NCBI GenBank assembly: GCA_015523445.1
Contig: WAKG01000085.1
Coordinates: 1 to 62,812, forward strand
Length of the DNA: 62,812 nucleotides
Direction: 5' to 3'
Source: Desulfurococcales archaeon
GTDB lineage: Archaea > Thermoproteota > Thermoprotei_A > Sulfolobales > Acidilobaceae
Of the stretch, positions 58,024 through 62,812 are shown one piece after another. A program made the position numbers and the translations under genes. The notes under the pieces were generated by a model. It did no database searches and was not told where the DNA came from. It saw only the letters and a program-made list of their open reading frames with translations. Numbering within the stretch: the stretch's first letter is position 1; every line of letters starts with the position of its first letter.

Positions 58024-59010
58024 GTGATCTCGGTGCCGGTCATGAACATGGTGCAGGCCCTAAATCAGGCCCTAAGGGAGGAGATGGCTAGGGATCCGAG
58101 GGTTGTAGTGCTGGGAGAGGATGTAGGCAGAAGGGGTGGAGTATTCCTCGTGACGGAGGGCCTCATCGACGAGTTCGGCGAGATGAGGGTGATCGATACG
58201 CCGCTCACCGAGATGGGTATAATAGGCGTTGCCATAGGCATGGCCCTCTACGGGCTGAGGCCTGTTGCAGAGATACAGTTTATCGACTTTGTCTACGAGG
58301 CGTTCGACCAGATCGTTAGTAACATGGCGAAGATAAGGTACAGGAGCGGTGGCATGTATAGTGTGCCCATGGTGCTCAGGAGCCCCTGCTGCGGCGGCAT
58401 AAGGGGAGGGATGCACCATAGCCAGAGCCCGGAGGCATACTTCATGCACACCGCTGGCCTAATCACGGTTATGCCATCAACTCCATACGACGCTAAGGGG
58501 CTACTCAAGGCCTCTATAAGGAGCAATGACCCCGTGATCTTCCTAGAGCCTAAGAGCGTCTACAGGACGATAAAGGAGGAGGTGCCCGATAGGGACTACA
58601 CAGTGCCCCTAGGCAAGGCCAGGCTTGTCAGGGAGGGTAGTGATGTGACGATAGTTACTTGGGGTGCAATGGTGTACCAGTCCCTGGAGGCGGCTAAGCT
58701 GGTTGAGGAGAGGCATGGGTGGAGCGTCGAGGTGATCGACCTCAGAACCCTATTCCCCTTCGACAGGGATGCGATAGTGGAGAGCCTGGAGAAGACGGAG
58801 AGGCTTGTAATAGTGCATGAAGCCCCGAAGACAGTGGGCCCGGGGGCTGAGATAGCCGCTTACATAGCGGAGAACCACATAGAACTGCTCAGAGGCCCCA
58901 TAGCCAGGGTAACAGGATTCGACACACCATTCCCCCTAGCCCACGAGAAGCTATACATGCCCAACATAGCAAGGATCTACATGGCCCTCAAGAAGGTCAT
59001 GCAGTACTAG
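58024..59010 (+). CDS. pdhB: 2-oxoacid dehydrogenase E1 beta
   Basis: GEDVG, DTPLTE, EIQFIDF, HHSQSPE. Confidence 0.95.
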   Translation: MISVPVMNMVQALNQALREEMARDPRVVVLGEDVGRRGGVFLVTEGLIDEFGEMRVIDTPLTEMGIIGVAIGMALYGLRPVAEIQFIDFVYEAFDQIVSNMAKIRYRSGGMYSVPMVLRSPCCGGIRGGMHHSQSPEAYFMHTAGLITVMPSTPYDAKGLLKASIRSNDPVIFLEPKSVYRTIKEEVPDRDYTVPLGKARLVREGSDVTIVTWGAMVYQSLEAAKLVEERHGWSVEVIDLRTLFPFDRDAIVESLEKTERLVIVHEAPKTVGPGAEIAAYIAENHIELLRGPIARVTGFDTPFPLAHEKLYMPNIARIYMALKKVMQY

Positions 59011-59016
59011 CCTAGG

Positions 59017-60276
59017 GTGGGAGCCATGCCAGTGGTGCAGGTAAAGCTACCCGATATAGGAGAGGGGATAGCGGAGGGCGAGATAGTAAGGTGGCTAGTA
59101 AAGGAGGGTGAAGCGGTCAAGAGGTTCCAGCCGATAGTAGAGGTCCTAACCGCTAAGGCGACAGTGGAGATACCCTCACCCTACACGGGCAGAATACACA
59201 GGCTACTAGCATCAGAGGGTGACACCGTCAGGGTTGGGCAGCCAATAGTAGAGATCGAGACAGACACGGCTGAGCCTGGCGAGCCCCAGGAGCCTGTGGA
59301 GAAGGTAAGGGAGCAGACCGTGGAGGCTAAGACCATGCAGGAAGCCCCGGCTAGGGGGCCCACTGCACCTCCAAGCCAGGGCACTGCCAGGGTCAGGGCG
59401 CCCCCAAGCGTGAGGCTACTGGCCAGGAAGCTGGGGATAGACCTGTCCAAGGTTAAGGGTACCGGGCCACGCGGAGTAGTGACTAAGAATGATGTGCTGG
59501 CCTACGCCGAGGCTCAGAGGAGTGCACCCCAGCCTGCCATGCAGGTGGCCAGGGAGGTAGGTGTCCAGGAGGAGAGGATACCCCTCAGGGGAGTCAAGAA
59601 GGTCATGGCTGAGAGGATGGTTGAGGCGAAGACTAGGATACCCCACGCCTACGTGGTTGAGGAGGTGGATATAACAGAGCTACTAGCTGTTAGGGAGAAG
59701 CTGAAGCCCCTGGCTGAGGAGAAGGGTGTGAAGCTCACCGTGCTCCCATTCATCATGAAGGCCGTGGTCAAGGCGATACGGGAGTACCCCCTCATGAACT
59801 CCAGCCTAGATGAGGAGAGGGGGGAGATAGTTGTCAGGAAGACTGTGAACCTGGGCTTTGCCGTGGACACGCCCCACGGCCTCATGGTGCCAGTAATAAA
59901 GAACGCTGACTCCAAGGGCCTCTTCCAGCTGGCAAGGGAGGTGAGGGAGCTAGCCGCTAGGGCCAGGGAGGCTAAGCTGGGCCTGGACGAGGTTAGGGGC
60001 AGTACATTCTCCATATCAAACTACGGCTCCATAGGGGGAGTGCTGGGCATACCGGTCATAAACCCGCCTGAGGCAGCCATCCTAGGTGTGGGCAGGATCA
60101 GGAGGGAGCCCAGGATCAGGGATGGCAGGATCGAGGAGAGGAGCCTAGTATACCTAACCCTGAGCTTCGACCATAGGATACTGGAGGGTGGATATGCCAC
60201 CAGGTTCCTGGTTAGGGTTAAGGAGCTGCTGGAGAACCCAATACTACTCCTAGCAGGGGACGGGGAGTTGGATTAG
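59017..60276 (+). CDS. pdhC: Dihydrolipoamide acyltransferase E2
   Basis: Lipoyl domain (TAKA), E3-binding domain (GTGPRG), catalytic SFDHR. Confidence 0.95.
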   Translation: MGAMPVVQVKLPDIGEGIAEGEIVRWLVKEGEAVKRFQPIVEVLTAKATVEIPSPYTGRIHRLLASEGDTVRVGQPIVEIETDTAEPGEPQEPVEKVREQTVEAKTMQEAPARGPTAPPSQGTARVRAPPSVRLLARKLGIDLSKVKGTGPRGVVTKNDVLAYAEAQRSAPQPAMQVAREVGVQEERIPLRGVKKVMAERMVEAKTRIPHAYVVEEVDITELLAVREKLKPLAEEKGVKLTVLPFIMKAVVKAIREYPLMNSSLDEERGEIVVRKTVNLGFAVDTPHGLMVPVIKNADSKGLFQLAREVRELAARAREAKLGLDEVRGSTFSISNYGSIGGVLGIPVINPPEAAILGVGRIRREPRIRDGRIEERSLVYLTLSFDHRILEGGYATRFLVRVKELLENPILLLAGDGELD

Positions 60277-60289
60277 AGAGGGAGCGGCG

Positions 60290-61666
60290 GTGGCCGAGAG
60301 GTATGATGTTGCAGTCGTGGGCGGCGGCCCCGGCGGGTACCCTGCAGCGATAAGGGCGGCCCAGCTGGGAGCCAGGGTAGCGCTCGTGGAGGAGGATAGG
60401 CTGGGGGGTGAGTGCACCAACTACGGGTGCATACCGACCAAGGCAATGGTTAGGCCCCTGGAAGCAATCCACAGGGCGGCCAGCCTCTCATTCACCAGGG
60501 GCGGCTTGGAGGTTGACTTCGAGGCGTTGATGGAGTGGGTCGGCAGCGTGGTGAGCCAGGTTTCGGGTGGAGTGGAGACGCTGCTCAAGGGGTATGATGT
60601 GGAGGTCATAAGGGGCAGGGCCAGGCTCGTCAGCTCCACTGCCCTGGAGGTTGATGGAGGGAAGATCTGGGCTAACCGGATAGTTATAGCTACGGGAACG
60701 AGCCCCTCCAGCATTCCAGGGCTGAGCGTGGACGGGGAGGTTGTACACAACAACAGGACCATACTGGGGCTCAGGAGGAAGCCGGGGAGCATGCTGATCA
60801 TAGGAGGCGGCTACATAGGTGTGGAGTACGCCAACGTCATGGCCAAGCTCGGGGTGGAGGTTAGCATTGTGGAGATGATGCCCCGCCTCCTACCAGGCAT
60901 GGACAAGGACCTAGCGCGGGTGGCCCAGAGGAGGCTGAAGAAGCTGGGTGTAGAGGTACACACCAACACAATGGTCAAGGAGATTAAGACCGGTGAGGGC
61001 GGGGCCGTGGCTACACTCTCAAGCGGGGTCAAGTTGGAGGCGGAGAAGGTCCTAGTAGCTGTGGGTAGGAGGCCCAACACCAGGGGCCTGGGGCTAGAGA
61101 ACGCAGGGGTGAGCCTTGACGAGAGGGGTTATATAAGGGTAGACGATGGGATGGCGACAAGCAACCCCAGGATATATGCCAGCGGTGACGTGGCAGGGCC
61201 CCCACTGCTAGCCCACAAGGCATTCCTCCAGGGTGCAGTAGCTGGGGAGAACGCCGCTGGTGGAGACGCTGTCTACCAGCCCCGTGCAGTCCCAGCCGTG
61301 GTATACACGGAGCCGGAGCTAGCCTCGGTGGGCTATACGCTGGATGAGGCTAGGGAGGCCGGGTTCAACGCCGGGGAGAAGAGGTATCCCCTAGGCGGCC
61401 TGGCGATGGCTAGGATAGAGGATGCAACCGACGGCATGATCAAGCTGGTATATGATGTTGATAGCCAGCAGATACTGGGAGTGCACATAGCGGCGCCCCA
61501 TGCGGGGGAGATTATAGCTGGGCTAACCCTAGCACTAGAATACGGGGCGACGCTGGAGGACCTAGCACTAACGATACACCCCCACCCCTCGATAGTGGAG
61601 GCTGTGAGGGAGGCGGCTGAGCTGGTGCTGGGGAAGCCGATACACTACATACTCAGGAGGGGCTAG
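60290..61666 (+). CDS. lpdA: Dihydrolipoamide dehydrogenase E3
   Basis: GGGPGG, GGECTNYGCIPTK, GGGYIG, HPHPS..E. Confidence 0.97.
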   Translation: MAERYDVAVVGGGPGGYPAAIRAAQLGARVALVEEDRLGGECTNYGCIPTKAMVRPLEAIHRAASLSFTRGGLEVDFEALMEWVGSVVSQVSGGVETLLKGYDVEVIRGRARLVSSTALEVDGGKIWANRIVIATGTSPSSIPGLSVDGEVVHNNRTILGLRRKPGSMLIIGGGYIGVEYANVMAKLGVEVSIVEMMPRLLPGMDKDLARVAQRRLKKLGVEVHTNTMVKEIKTGEGGAVATLSSGVKLEAEKVLVAVGRRPNTRGLGLENAGVSLDERGYIRVDDGMATSNPRIYASGDVAGPPLLAHKAFLQGAVAGENAAGGDAVYQPRAVPAVVYTEPELASVGYTLDEAREAGFNAGEKRYPLGGLAMARIEDATDGMIKLVYDVDSQQILGVHIAAPHAGEIIAGLTLALEYGATLEDLALTIHPHPSIVEAVREAAELVLGKPIHYILRRG

Positions 61667-61971
61667 GCCCCGCCGGGCGGCGAGAGGAGCCCCCGGATCA
61701 CCTTTATATTCTCCTCTATGATAGCCCTGGTGTCATCGGGTAGGCTAGACCTGTCGATGTAGACCCTTCCATCGGGCAGGGTGGAGGCTAGCCCGCGGGA
61801 CACCATGGATCTTACCGTATCCTCGACATCCTCCCACCCGCCGACAACGTGGAGCCCCCTGACAACGAGGAATCTGTAGTATAGCTTGAGCTCCTCGAGG
61901 GTTAAGGGCCTAGCTGATAGGAGCGTTAGGGCCAGCTCCATAGAGGTCATATATCTCCTCCAGGCCACCAC
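61663..61971 (-). CDS. Small hypothetical winged-helix-like protein
   Basis: LTLEEL...VEDTVRSMVSRGLA..LPDGRVYI pattern. Confidence 0.55.
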   Translation of the reverse strand: MVAWRRYMTSMELALTLLSARPLTLEELKLYYRFLVVRGLHVVGGWEDVEDTVRSMVSRGLASTLPDGRVYIDRSSLPDDTRAIIEENIKVIRGLLSPPGGA

Positions 61972-62037
61972 GGCAACACCAGGATATCGGTAGGCGTGTC
62001 GGGAGTTAAGCTAGCCCCAGGCCGGTGATACAGTGGC

Positions 62038-62812
62038 CTATAGCCTCCGTATTACCTCGCTGATCGAGGGCCTGCTCCACGGCTCGGCCTGAAGCATCTC
62101 GCCCACAAGATCCCTCAGCCCGGGATCCACGCCTCCTAGCAGGGCATCAAGCTCGGCCCTACTCATGCCAACCCTACGGCTCCCATCCAGAACCTTACCG
62201 GTGGAGGCCTCAAGGATCAGGACTCCAAGCTGGTACACGTCAACCCTATCCTCATACCCTAGCCTGCTAGCCCTAGCCGCCAGGTCGGCGTATACCTGCT
62301 CCGGCGCGCAATAGCCGGGGGTACAGTGGATCCTCACACTAGGCCCCAGGCTGGCTCTCTCAGCCTCCTCCAGTAGGCTCCTAACACTGCTATAATCCCC
62401 CAGCTTCAACACGCCGGAGGAGACGAGCACGTTCTCCGGCTTCACATCTCCATGCACCAGCCCCCTGCTGTGGAGGAACCTGAGCCCGCTGGCCACGTGG
62501 AGCGCTGCACCCCTAACCAGAGCCGCACTCAGCCTGGCCCTAGGTATCCACCTCCTCAAGCTACCACCGTCAGCATATTCATAGACAGCCACGGGGAGGA
62601 CCCTCGAGTAGCCCAGCACCCTAACCAGGTTGGGGTGGACGAGCTTGTAGAGCCATGAGGCCTCGGGGGTCAATGCTCCCTCGGCAACTGTGGGTAGGGG
62701 CTCTCCTCCCTCTAGAGCACCTGAGAGGCTTTTGGAGGCCTTCAGGGCATAAACTCCGGTGGGGGTGGTGCACCTGTATACGCATCCCCAGCCTCCGCAG
62801 CCTAGGAGGCAG
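62038..62812 (-). CDS. Hanks-type Ser/Thr protein kinase; 5' end beyond the window
   Basis: Frame stays open to the edge: LGCGGWGCVY Gly loop, YALK, then HPNLV, HGDVKPEN, LGDYS, TPGYCAPE, DVYQLG. Confidence 0.92.
   Translation of the reverse strand, partial: CLLGCGGWGCVYRCTTPTGVYALKASKSLSGALEGGEPLPTVAEGALTPEASWLYKLVHPNLVRVLGYSRVLPVAVYEYADGGSLRRWIPRARLSAALVRGAALHVASGLRFLHSRGLVHGDVKPENVLVSSGVLKLGDYSSVRSLLEEAERASLGPSVRIHCTPGYCAPEQVYADLAARASRLGYEDRVDVYQLGVLILEASTGKVLDGSRRVGMSRAELDALLGGVDPGLRDLVGEMLQAEPWSRPSISEVIRRL

Noticed and set aside
139..62658. Numerous short antisense or alternative-frame ORFs in the track (e.g. 139..423, 1469..2029, 8153..8881, 49814..50305)
   Set aside because: Ser/Pro/Leu-rich shadows of confident genes, with no motifs.
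1..62812. tRNA, rRNA, CRISPR array, IS elements, canonical ORB boxes
   Set aside because: None recognised by eye; tRNAscan-SE, CRISPR and IS searches would be needed to exclude them fully.

Overview
Chromosomal window from a GC-rich hyperthermophilic crenarchaeon, probably Desulfurococcales/Acidilobales and Aeropyrum-like. This rests on reverse gyrase, crenarchaeal short XPF, an Aeropyrum-type proline dehydrogenase and AGG/ATA/CTA codon use. Core content: reverse gyrase; the L15e/RNase P/proteasome/exosome superoperon; EF-2; an 11-subunit Nuo complex lacking NuoEFG; a Tat-exported Fdh-N-type formate dehydrogenase with maturation genes; tungsten AOR; proline dehydrogenase; acyl-CoA dehydrogenase; a 2-oxoacid dehydrogenase operon; and a Ser/Thr kinase cut by the right edge. 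Two accessory blocks stand out. The first is a low-GC ABC-type ATPase + TOPRIM-like pair (30.0-32.0 kb). The second (34.4-42.9 kb) holds an MBL nuclease, an orphan HerA, a NurA-like nuclease with swapped catalytic residues, a divergent ~600-aa multi-winged-helix protein flanked by short repeats and an AT tract, and a DUF5591/ArcS-like protein coupled to a minimal TGT/DpdA-like transglycosylase. This second block is the best candidate for an undescribed base-modification/defence system. Missed by the ORF track: a pseudo-nitrilase, a 36-aa ORF, a box C/D sRNA and a candidate K-turn RNA. No tRNA, rRNA, CRISPR array or transposase was seen. Family calls come from motif recognition, not database searches.
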